Made by a program: the position numbers and the translations under genes. The notes beneath the pieces were generated by a model, which made no database searches, was not told where the DNA came from, and worked only from the letters and a program-made list of their open reading frames with translations. DNA of 64,000 nucleotides from Eledone cirrhosa (taxonomy: Eukaryota). The DNA lies in assembly GCA_964016885.1 (NCBI GenBank), contig OZ024750.1:9734001-9798000 (forward strand). Direction: 5' to 3'. Each line of letters starts with the position of its first letter. Positions within the stretch are counted from its first letter, which is position 1. Positions 52,060 through 64,000 of this stretch are shown here, one piece after another.

Positions 52060-52696
52060 TAAAAAAATAATGAATAAAACAATGAAACAGTTCCTTATAT
52101 TAAACAAAAAAAGTTCATTATTTAACGATCGTTTCTAGGATATATATGTGTTAGAATTGGCATGCATATTCAACAGATCTATGTACAAAATTATACAAAA
52201 TTATACAAACTATCAAGATTAAATATACATACCAAACACACATATATGCCGTCTTCATATATATATATATGTGTGTGTGTGTGTAAACAGAAACAACAAC
52301 GGACCCTGGTTATTACTCAAGTAAAATACATATAAATATATATAATTATATAGAAATACATATAAATACTAAAATATATAAATACAGACGAATGATGATA
52401 TAGATGAAAATATGATGACGACGATAATGATGATGATAACTAGATAACTAAATGACAACAGTATTGCTTGTAGAGAGGATTATTATGTGGAATGTAATGA
52501 AATGTTATTATCGCCATGGTCATCATTGTTTTCATCGTCTCTAAACAATAAGAGCAATAACAGTAAGAAGCCGTCAGTGATAACAGCCGTGACGAGGACT
52601 GTTATACGAATGAGAAATATTGTTTGGTTTGAAGGGTAACAGAAATAGAATATTAGAATAAAATAGAGAGAGGATATGAATTAATATGTAAACATT

Positions 52697-53072
52697 GTAG
52701 TGTGGTGTGGTGAGGTGTTGTGTTGTGGTGAGGTGTAGTGGTGTGGTGTGGTGAGGTGAGGTGTAATGTTGTGGTGAGGTGTAGTGGTGTGGTGAGGTGT
52801 AGTGTGATGAGGTGGTGTGGTGTGGTGAGGTGTAGTGAGTGGTGTGGTGAGGTGTGGTGTAGTGGTGTGGTTTGGTGCGTGATGTGGTCTGTTGTGTGGT
52901 GGTGTAATATTATAGTGTCGTGGTGTGTTCTGTTGTGGTGTAGTGTGGTGTGGTCTGTTGTGGTGTAGTGTGGTCTGTTGTGGTGTAGTGTGGTCTGTTG
53001 TGGTGTAGTGTGGTCTGTTGTGGTGTAGTGTGGTCTGTTGTGGTGTGGTGTGGTCTGTTGTGGTGTGGTGTA
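52697..53072. repeat. GTGTG/GTGAG pentamer-based and 20-bp tandem repeats
   Basis: Direct reading of the sequence. Confidence 0.9.
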
Positions 53073-53369
53073 AACAGGCCTAGATAAATAGATATATAAA
53101 ATAAAGTGGTCTCCCACTAGAAAAAAAAAAACATCGGGATCAAAGGACAAATAATGATCAACAAGAAAGAACATCATCATCCCCATCATAACTATCACAA
53201 TTATTGTTATTATTATTAGAGACCAAGATTCTTGGAGTCCAGAGCCTCTCCCAAGAACGTCGCCCCTTTTTCTTAGCCGCTAATTCTCTATAGTACGCTA
53301 AAGTGGATTTTCCAATAATCGTAGTGCCCAACTAGCTGTAAGTGTTTTAAAATACACCGCCCTCTACCT

Positions 53370-53960
53370 GTTGGGTACTGCGATCGATGGGAAATCCACT
53401 TTAGCGTGGATTAAACAGAGAATTAATGGCAGGGGAAAAGTGACGGCGTTCTTGGGGAGACTCTTCTGGAGAACTTTCATCCCAGGACCGATGGGTAACC
53501 TCTAGAAATTCCAGACCTGGAGGTGCTACCTGCCATTGCTAGTTCGAGATGATCTCTACAAGCACGGAAGTGTCGCCAGCTGAGCCTGTCCGAAATGCTC
53601 GCTGGGCAACGAAACCGTCCTGCACGCATTTGCCCAGTGTCCGAGCATTGCTGACTTGTGGATCTATGTTGAACAGCTGTTGTCGTGTATAGAATGGTAG
53701 AATAGGTTCGGGTGAGTCTATCATGAAGATAGCCCCGCCATCTTCCTTTAGTTGAGAAAGGCATACAGTTTTCATTTGCTTGGTGGCCATGGTGAACGTT
53801 GGTTGAAAGGGATTGAAAGACGGCCACTTTCCTCTTTGGTGAGGCCCTGATTAACATTCTCTCGTCTCACTTGAAGAGGAAATTCAGGATATAGAGGGAA
53901 GTGTTGCCTTCCAGCTAGTTAGTTGAAAGGTGGATGAGAGTGGCAAGCATGATCTAAATA
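53370..53960 (+). pseudogene. L1/Tx1-clade LINE ORF2 C-terminal fragment with CCHC zinc knuckle
   Basis: FW...N.*KFQTWRCY..LVRDDLYKHG...CPKCSLGNETVLHAFAQCPSIADLW (C at 53587). Confidence 0.8.
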
Positions 53961-54229
53961 TATTGCTTGTAGAGTGAGAGAAGCACTTGTGTTTAATAGT
54001 CAAGGTGGTCGTGGCTTTTTGTGGGCTTTCTCTACGAATGACCCTCGGAGGTCTCCTCTCATTCTATTTGGGGGATTTTCTTTTGTATTAATTTTTTACA
54101 TATTCGTTGCTTCTGTTATAACATTTTTCACACACAAAAACCCCCACATTGTATCGTCCTTAATGTTTTCTATCATTATTATTTATAGGTCGAAACTTTA
54201 TAGAAATATTAAATCGTAACTAGTACTTG

Positions 54230-54790
54230 ACTAGTACTACCTTATTTTTATCGACCCCGGAAAGGATAATCGACTGCTCACCTCGGCCTTCTACTAATGT
54301 CAGAAATCATCATCATCATTATCACCACCACCATCGTTGACCGACAGAATTGTTCAAACGTCAGACAACATGCCTGTGGTATTTAATTGGTCCTTTACAT
54401 TCTGAGTTCAAATTTCGCCGAGGTTGACTCTACTTTTCATCCCTCAGATTGTACATAAAATAAATGAATATATAAATACCAGTTATATACTGGATCGATT
54501 TAATGGACTATATATTCGTCCTATATAAAAAAAATGTATCCCTGTGCCAATACTTAGAAATCACTAATTTCCAATAATGGTTTCTGATTTAGCTACAAAG
54601 CCAACAATTTTAGTGGAAGGGAAGGGGAAAGTCGATTAAATCGACCCGAGTGCGTAACTGGTACTTTATTCTATCAACCTCGTAAGGATGAAAGGCAAAG
54701 CTAACTAACATGAGTGGGATTCGAACTCAGAACATAAAGGGACTTAATTATATGTCACATAGCATCTTATCCGACGCTCTACCGATCCTG
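54230..54790. mobile_element. cluster of diverged SINE family A copies (-, +, -)
   Basis: TATTTTATCGACCCC at about 54245, GAGTTCAAATTTCG at 54404, GGATTCGAACTCAG at 54717. Confidence 0.75.
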
Positions 54791-55634
54791 CCTCCAATAA
54801 TTATAGCAAGCATTGACTTTAGTCCTCACGATGGTAAAAATCAATTTAATCGAAAACCTCAGTGCTTATCTTATCTATATGAAAACCTCAGTATTTATTT
54901 TATCTATATCTAAATGTTAAAATATAAACACTAGTTAAAATAAAGCTCTGAATATATATATAAAGAGAGAGAAGCGAAGCTTAAATGCTGTGAGGTATTT
55001 AGTTCGGCGCTTTGCTGTTTCCGCCATTACGTCATTAATAATACTTCTGAGAAAGGCATGCGAGCCATATAATTATTACCTCTACCATGGAACTTCTTAA
55101 TTCGGACCTCTCTCTCTACGAGGGAGCTTTTCTAGGAGAACCCTCACTATATGATAGCACGACTTACTAGAAATAACAGCCAAGTCTCGTTCAAATCACA
55201 CACCGTCTTTAATTTAATTTTATTTAGTTTTATTTTTAAAATAGGGGTAGGTATACTGGACAATGTTGACTGTGATTTACAAAAGAAAAAAAATTAAATA
55301 GGATAGCCATGGTTGGAGTGTCTTTTATCTCTCTCTCTATATATAAGACTACAGGATCTAAACAATAACAAATATCCACCCCAACCATTACCTTTTTCAA
55401 ACGTCTCGGGCTGCAAGAAACAAAGCTTTTATAAATATTTTGTTAAATGGAATGGTCATGGTTGGAATGCATTTTATTTTATATATATATATAGGAGTAC
55501 AGGGTGAGAGCTGACCTGGGGCTAAACAATATCAACAAATCTCCACCACCACCTTTTTCAAATGTCTCGGGCTGCAAGAAACAAATTGATAATAGAGCTT
55601 TTATAAACATTAAAACGTCAAAACACAGCATTAC

Positions 55635-56523
55635 AGCAACCACCACCACCACTACTACTACCACTACTACTACTACTTCTACTACTGCTACTATTGCTGC
55701 TGCAGCTACCTAAGAATGTAATAACAACAGCAGCAGTAGCTGTAGTTGCAACAGCAGCAGTAGTTGCAGCAGAAATAACAGCGACAGCAGCAGGAATAAC
55801 AACAGAAACACAGCAGCAGCAGCAGCAGCAGGGTTCGAGACAGTAACAGCAGCAGCAACACTGCAAATAGTAGTAGTAGTAACACTACATGGTAATAACA
55901 GTAGTAGTGGTAGTAACACTACATGGTAATAACAGTAGTAGTGGTAGTAACACTACATGGTAATAACAGTAGTAGTAGTAACGATACTACATGTAGTAGT
56001 AGTAGTAATAGCAACAACATTACATGTAGTAATAGCAGTAATAGTGGTGGTAGTAGTAGTATTAGCAGTAGTGGTGGTGGTAGTAATAGTAGTAGTAATA
56101 GCAGTAATAGTAACAGCATTACATGTAGTAGTAGTAGTGGTGGTGGTAGCAGTAATAGCAACAATATTACATGTAGTAGCAATAGTGGTGGTAGTAGTAA
56201 TATTAGTAGTGATGATAGTGGTATTAGCAACAATATTACATGTAGTAACAGCAGTGGTAGAAGTAGTAGTAGTATTAACAAAACAACAGTATTACATGTA
56301 GTAATAGTAGCAGTAGTGGTGGTAATAGTGGTAGTAGCAACATTACATGTAGTAATAGTAGTAGCAGTAGTGGTGGTAATAGTGGTAGTAGCAACATTAC
56401 ATGTAGTAATAGTAGTAGCAGTAGTAGTAACAGTAACAGTAGTAGCAGTAGTAGTAACAGTAACAGTAGTAGCAGTAGTAACAGCAGCAGTAACAGTAGT
56501 AGTGGTGGTGGTAGTAGTAATAG
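55635..56523. repeat. AGT/AGC triplet-rich tract with recurrent CATTACATGTAG motif
   Basis: Direct reading of the sequence. Confidence 0.9.
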
Positions 56524-56924
56524 TCTAGTCATAGTCGGACACGTGACCCGGCTGGTTGTTCGAGATTGCGCAGTTGCATCGATCTCCACGTATTCTTGAA
56601 AGACGAGGTTCACTTCGTTATGAGTCTGCTGCCTAACTCGGCCTCCCAAACGGGCCTGTTAGTACAGCTCAATAAATACTGTGAGAATCTATATATTTCG
56701 GCAATATTATTATCATCATTTAATCTCTCAGCTCCGGTGCTATGTAGATAATTCTATTTTGACTCTTTAAAACAAAACAAAACAAAATTTTAACAAAAAA
56801 AGAGAAAGAGAAATATTGAAACACAAAAAAAGAAAAAAATATATTATTAAAAAAAAAACGAAGACGAAGGCGACAGATTAAAAAAAGAGAGGACAAGAAG
56901 ATTTAAACTAAAATAAACTCCCAG

Positions 56925-56957
<33 letters not shown>

Positions 56958-57339
56958 ATATATATGATATCAATCAACTAAGACATATTATGACAACATC
57001 AACACCAAATTAATAAATATATCCATTACGAAAGAAAGGATAGAAGGAAAAAAAAAAAAAGAAACACACAACATAACATAACACAAACAAAAGCGAGAAA
57101 CAAAATTCATCCCAAATATATATAAATATATAAATATATATCTATATATATATATCTAAATATATATAGTCGTGTGTGTTGTATAGTTTTCCCCCCCAAG
57201 CAGATTCTGTGATAAAAGTGCAATTTTGCAGGGTATATTCTAGATTAAAAACACAAAAAATACACAAAAAAGGACGAAATACTGAGATAATTATTAATCG
57301 GCGATTTAATTATTAAAACAACTCCTTTTGAAGGTAAGT
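56520..57339 (+). promoter_or_regulatory. candidate CpG-rich promoter and non-coding first exon ending at a consensus 5' splice site
   Basis: Unique CpG-dense block 56525-56660 with CACGTG and TTGCGCA; AAG|GTAAGT at 57331-57339. Confidence 0.35.
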
Positions 57340-58215
57340 GATAAATATATAATAATCAAACATATATGTTTGTGTATTGATATATATATATATGTGTGTG
57401 TGTGTTTGTCTATTGGTATATGTTTGTTTGTATTGATATTAATATATATAGATGTGTGTGTGTGTATTGATATATATGTGTTTATATTGGTATATATGTA
57501 TGTTTGTATTGCTATATGTGTATGTGTAGATATGGTAGTGTGTATTGATATATATATATATGTGTGTATTGATGTGTGATTGTATTTACTTAATTTTGAG
57601 AGCATTTGTTAATTATATAAATACATCGCATAGATGTACACATTTTATATATATACACACAAGTATGTATATATATATGTGTATTGCATAGTTGTACACA
57701 CACACATATATATATTTACATTATATGTATAAGTGCATCGTATATGTGTGTATACTTATATACACACACTATATTAAGGTATCTATATACATATGATGAT
57801 TATGTATGATTTCTTCCACCTTAAAGTATGTACATTTTCCTGAATATTGTGTGCTTTAAATATATATGTATATATATATACAAAATACTGTGTTTTCCAC
57901 ACGATCTCTCGCTCTCTATACATAAAGCTTTCAATTTGAATTATATGTGTGTATATATATATATATACACACACATATATGTATATATACATACACACAC
58001 ACATATATATGTATTATATATGTATATGTATATGTTTGTTTCCTGTTAATTACCACCACCACCACTACTACTACCACCTCTATATATATCTATAGTCTTT
58101 CTATATTTTTCTTTAATCACACCCCTCAAAAATGTTCAATCTTTTTTTTCATACTCACATTTGTTTCATTTTTCCGTCTTTATTTACTTTATTCCCCCCC
58201 CCCCCCTGTCTCTCG

Positions 58216-58415
<200 letters not shown>

Positions 58416-60585
58416 TTATGTATATATCTCTCTCTTTCTCCATATATATATATATATATATATTTATTTGTGTATAGGTCTTGTCTTTCGTTTCGTTCTC
58501 TGTTTCTATTCATTTTTTTTCATTTCTGTTTTTATATCATTTTGTTTATGTTTCCTCTTGTTTCTTGCTTTATCTCCTCTTCTTCCCCTCCTTTTCCCCC
58601 TCCTTCCTTGTCTTATGCTAGCTTTACCTCTTCCTCTTTCCCTCACCCTCTCGTATTATCTCTACCTCTTTCTGTCACCCTTTCTGCTGTTATCTCTACC
58701 TCTTCCTCTCCCCCTCACACTATCTAACTACTCCTCCTCCTCCCTTCACTCACTTCTATTCTTCCTCTATTATCTACCTACATTCTTCAAAATTATATTT
58801 CCTGCCATTTTTCCATTTTCCAATTCTATTCTTCTAGCTTTACTGTTTACATTGCTAAAATTATATATATATTATATATATATATATTACATGTAATAAT
58901 ATATATAATTAGAATTAATAAACACATCCAATGATAAGAATGATAATGAAAATAATAAACTAGCAGCCATTAGAATGTCTCTCTCTCTTCACGATTTTCC
59001 ACGAATTATCATCTTCAGTGCTTAACATTTTGCAGCAGTTTTTGTTTTGTTTTGTTTTTTTTTATCTCTAAAAATACTCCAGCACGAATCGTCGATTTGT
59101 ACTTATTACTCAGCTTTTTATCTCGCAATATAGGATTGTGTGTGTGTGTATATATATATTATGTGTGTGATTTGTGTGGTGTGTACGTATGCATACATAC
59201 ATGTATGTATGTGTGTGTATATATATGTGTATATAATATATATATATATATATACGTGTGTAATGTTAATTAATATGCAGTTTAAACGTGTAATACTCTG
59301 CAAAACAAACACTCGTCCAACCAACAGAAATGAGATTCTTACTGCCATCATCTACGTTGTTTAGCCCCCAAGTCGGTCCTGTTAGAGCAGAGCTTTCATT
59401 TTTATTATTTTTCGTTCAAGAATAGTATATTCAGTACCACCTTGTTTATGTCCTTTGTATTTTATAAGAAACAATTCAATTAAACAAAAGAAAAAGAGGC
59501 ACTAGGTTATGATTTGAGGGCGTTTGACTGCTATTTCTAACAGTGGGTGACCATTAGCTCGTTGCCTCATTTTATACATGTAATCATGTATGTCCTTATA
59601 TGTCTGTCTATATTTTTTTTATTGTATGTATAGTATATATATAGTGAATAAAAAAAAAAATAAGGGCGAAGACAGGAAAATGAAGGAATACAGATCAATG
59701 GACCGCTAGAGATACGTTGTTTCGGTACTTTAAGGTCAATACAACTGGCTCTAGTGCACAAGCGACAGTAAGAAATGGACAAAGGACAAGACGATAGTCT
59801 TAATGACTATTTACAAATAATGCACAAATGACTAAGAAATGGATAAAAGACCAGACGATAGTCTGAACGACTATTTACAAATATGAGCAAATTTGCTACA
59901 CACCCATGAACTGCAACTGAAAAGATATTGACGAAGTCCAACATAATCGATTAGCCAAGGAGAAGAGATAGAGAATATGAAAACGATAAAATTACTTTCA
60001 GTTTGTTTATATACACACATACAGACTGTTATGTATATACTATATATATTTAACATGTATAATGATCATGTTTCTTCAGAGCATCAATTATTTAAGTGTA
60101 AAAGATATATATGTAGAGAGAAAGAAGCATACATCATTTAAGAATCACATCATTTTGTACACACACACATATATATAGAGAGCAAATAATATTCAGGAAA
60201 ATATATATACTTTAAGGTGGTATATATAACATTTTGTACATATATATAAAGCAAATGATATTCAGGAAAATATGCATACTTTAAGATGTTATAGTATATA
60301 TAGTATGTATATTTTCCTGCATTTTATTTACTTTATATATATGTGTGTGTACAAAAATAAAGATATATATATATAGTACGTATGTGTATGTAAATGTTTT
60401 GATTTCTAAAGCGTCAGTATTTTTATTCTCATTGAATTAATTGCCAGTCAGGTTTGTTTATGTGACCAAGTAAAGCTAACTCATCACTAAGACAGACATT
60501 ATTGGCCTAGGCTAAGCCAAGCTATTGCTTGCTTGCTTGCAAATCCCATCGACCATATATATATATATATTGTATATGTGTGTGC

Positions 60586-60635
<50 letters not shown>

Positions 60636-60644
60636 ATAAATATG

Positions 60645-60679
<35 letters not shown>

Positions 60680-61586
60680 ATTAACTAATTCATTGCACAC
60701 TCACACACACACTTATAGGTTGCTATCGTTGATAACCTGTATATTTACAACCTATTCATTTGGTCATGGTTGTTGTTGTTCTTTATCTAGATAATGCTGA
60801 TCGAGCAAGAACTGAGATAAAAATGATTTCAACCGCGACTTTTGTTGTTATATTTAAGCACTAGACTCCATTATCTAATGGGATTTTTTATTTTATTTTA
60901 TTTGCTATTTCAAGACGGTAGGGCGTATGGCTGTGTGTGTGATCTGGGAGAAATTTAGCTTCTATTTCTAGCAGGCTGTGCGGATACATTAGTGGATGGG
61001 ATTTGATGTTTTGGCTGCTATTTCTAGCAGGACGAAAGACGACGTAGAGGGTTGAATTAGTGGGTGTTGATTTCAGTGAATGGATGTATATTATGACCTT
61101 TGCTAATATAAAAATGTTCAATTTTGACAAATCGTTAAATCATTTGTTTTAATTAATCTACATTGGCAGTAATTGTTAGATTGTCTTATTTGTCAATAAT
61201 TAAAGTAAACAAGTTAGAGTTGTTCTAAATAGTAGTAGTAGTAGTAGTAGCCTTTATTTATATATCTTCCAACTACAGACAGTATATGTCAAAATTTCTG
61301 TATCGAGGGAGCACCACTGTTTTACACTTTAATTTGTATGAAGAATAGTTATTAGATAGTTAATATATTCTGATCTCTCTTTCTCTCCTATCTTTATTTC
61401 TTATTTCTCATTCTATTTTCTGATGAAAGACTAATATCCGAAGCGTTCAATGTTTTTCCCTACCATCCCAAGCATTCATATAATCATTTTACTGTATTGT
61501 CTGCCTGTATTGTTTTTTCTATAATACACACACACTCACTCACACACACACACACACACACACTCACACACACACTCACACTCACA

Positions 61587-61628
<42 letters not shown>

Positions 61629-61635
61629 TACATAC

Positions 61636-61677
<42 letters not shown>

Positions 61678-61988
61678 TATATGTGTGTGTGTGTATTACT
61701 GAGGTTAATATATATTACTCTTCTTCATGTTTGTAAACCCGATTATGCGCATTCGTATATATATATATAGCGAGCAAATGCTTTCACTATTCAGGGACAA
61801 TTCTTCAACAAACACAGTATGCTGGAGATAGCTTCTAAACAGTTCTCTTTTTTGTTCCTAATATATGATTTCCATCGAATGAAACAGTTTTAGTCCTGTA
61901 GAAGCCATTTTTATATTAGATATTGTATTTACTCTATGTATTGAGTACGTTACTATGGTTGAACCCGGGGGACACACACGCACATAAA

Positions 61989-62025
<37 letters not shown>

Positions 62026-62525
62026 TATGTCTAGTACAAGCTACTGTAGAGTAGTTGGTTATACTCAAAGGATGTGTATATGTTTGTATATATATATATT
62101 ATATATATGTGTGTGTGTAGTACAGGCTACTGTAGAGTTAGTTATATTCCAAGGATGTGTGTCAAATTTATCGCCTAAGCTTGCTGCTGAATATTTTTTA
62201 CCTTTCTCTCCTCTTCAATTACAGTGATTAAGGGTCACCCTCTGACCTAATTATTAACCCCGCTCTCTCCGATATACAGATAAACAATGTCACTTTGTTT
62301 ATAAAACTCATTTCCTTTGTGTCTATGTGTGTGTGTGTGTGTGTATATATATGAGTTGACGGACCCAGCATATTTATCAATGCCAGTATATATATATATA
62401 CACTCACACACACACACATACATACATATAAAATATATATATTTATGATATATATATATATATGTAACCTTTCACTATACGTATCGAGTACTTAGCTCAA
62501 CTTGATCTTACTAGTCTAAACTGTT

Positions 62526-62526
<1 letters not shown>

Positions 62527-62605
<79 letters not shown>
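62527..62605. repeat. (CT)n microsatellite
   Basis: Direct reading of the sequence. Confidence 0.97.
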
Positions 62606-62606
<1 letters not shown>

Positions 62607-62732
62607 ACATCCAAGAAGCAGAAATTATAACAATAGGCCACTAAGTTTCCTAATACTATCTGTGATTATAATAAGCAGCAGTATGTATAGATTTATATGT
62701 AATATGTATATTAGATATACAACATGGATATT

Positions 62733-62908
62733 ATGGCAGTATCGGTAGAGGGTCGGACGCCATACTTTCCAGCATAGTTACGTCCCTTTACGATCGGAGT
62801 TCAAATCCCGCCGAGGTTGACTTTGCCTTTCATCCTTACGGGATCGATAAAATAAAGTACCAGTAATGCACTGTGTAATTGCTGGCCTTGTGCCTAAAGT
62901 AGAAACAA
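62733..62908 (+). mobile_element. SINE family A
   Basis: TGGCAGTATCGGTAGAGGGTCGGACG...GAGTTCAAATCCCG...GTAGAAAC. Confidence 0.9.
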
Positions 62909-64000
62909 TCAATATCTATATGTGTATATGTTCATTTGAGTCGTAGGGGCGCTATCTTTGACATGTTACACCTTGTGGCGTCAATCCCTCTCCAGGTTTG
63001 TATACCTGTAAATAAGAGCAACATTTTTATCAAAATTATATTATGATCCCAAAATTGATAAAGTTTTACTCACATCTATAAAAATGTTTACATTTATAAT
63101 AGGTCTCGAGTTAAATCTCGGGTAACCACAGTAATTAAGGTACTCAATACAGTAGTGGAGTGTAAACATCAAAATTTTCTGTTTCATTTGTATGAAACGG
63201 TTCTAGGCCTGTAGAAGCCATTAGGATAGACTAAATTAAAATTCAGTCATATTACACCTTAAATGATGGCTCAAATACTATATGTAGGCTTAAACACTAT
63301 TATTTGTTGAGCTTCATTTTTTCAAAAATTATATTTAGGTGTTAAAATTTACAGTATATTAAAAGTAAGCATTTACAAGCAAAAATATAGTTTCACCTAC
63401 AAACTCGTGCTTATACTGCGGTTTCATTTAGGCAAAGAAACAGATATTAAGATAAGATATGTGTGTGTGTACTATAAGCAAGCAGGACATTGCCATGAAA
63501 ATAAAGCACTCTGTTGGTAGCCAGTTTTTTGGGGCATGAGAATCGATCATGATAATTCTGTATGAATATATTTTTTCAAACACAGTATTGATAATATCTG
63601 TATCTCATTTACAAATTCCATTGTATTTTATATTGTATATATATGTGTGTTACTTATTTTATATGTATACATTACACATTAGTGTAAACATTACATTATA
63701 TATATGTGTGTGTGAATTGGCAGAAATCGACTGTGTTCAGATCTAGAAAGGAGATGGGTTCCACCAGGTTTACAATACCCAAGAAAAAGCAAGTCTCTAC
63801 AGTATCCCTACGACTCCAGCTGGAGTTTCAGGTTAAAAGAAAAATGTGTGTGTATATATATATACACATGCAAGCGTGGAACATGGACGTTAAACGATGA
63901 TGATGAATAGTAATATACGTGAACGGCAAAGCATAAATGAACTAAGTGAGAAATTAGGAATAAGAAGGATCAGATGCTGTTTACTTGAGAGAAGACTACG

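Noticed and set aside
56275-56649. Minus-strand ORF with MTRLLLLPPPLLLL resembling a signal peptide
   Set aside because: The leucine run comes from the triplet repeat, and the frame stops with no downstream domain

Overview
AT-rich, microsatellite-saturated eukaryotic DNA. The SINE families look like those of an octopus or other cephalopod; this is inferred from the repeats, not proven. I find no intact protein-coding gene, and almost all ORFs in the track are translations of simple repeats. The window is a mosaic of tRNA-derived SINEs (about 20 copies of one family, several with clear TSDs), LINE fragments (RTE, L1/Tx1, CRE-like), a 5'-truncated Penelope-like element with a GIY-YIG endonuclease, hAT transposase fossils, TTAA piggyBac-type MITEs, TA-flanked MITEs, probable non-autonomous Helitrons, and several minisatellites. 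The most striking signal is a set of type-I hammerhead ribozyme motifs that fold by hand with the CUGANGA/GAAA/NUH core and three stems: 2895-2971 (+), 51549-51635 (+), and 49085-49208 (-, with one A.G mismatch in stem II). All three have unusually long stem II and lie in or next to (TA)n-flanked cassettes, one of them in the 3' region of the Penelope-like element. Degenerate or rearranged hammerhead relics are also present. Several long near-perfect inverted repeats (3098-3326, 11637-11874, 53238-53470, 58313-58415) and a CpG-rich candidate promoter/first exon (about 56520-57340) were also found.
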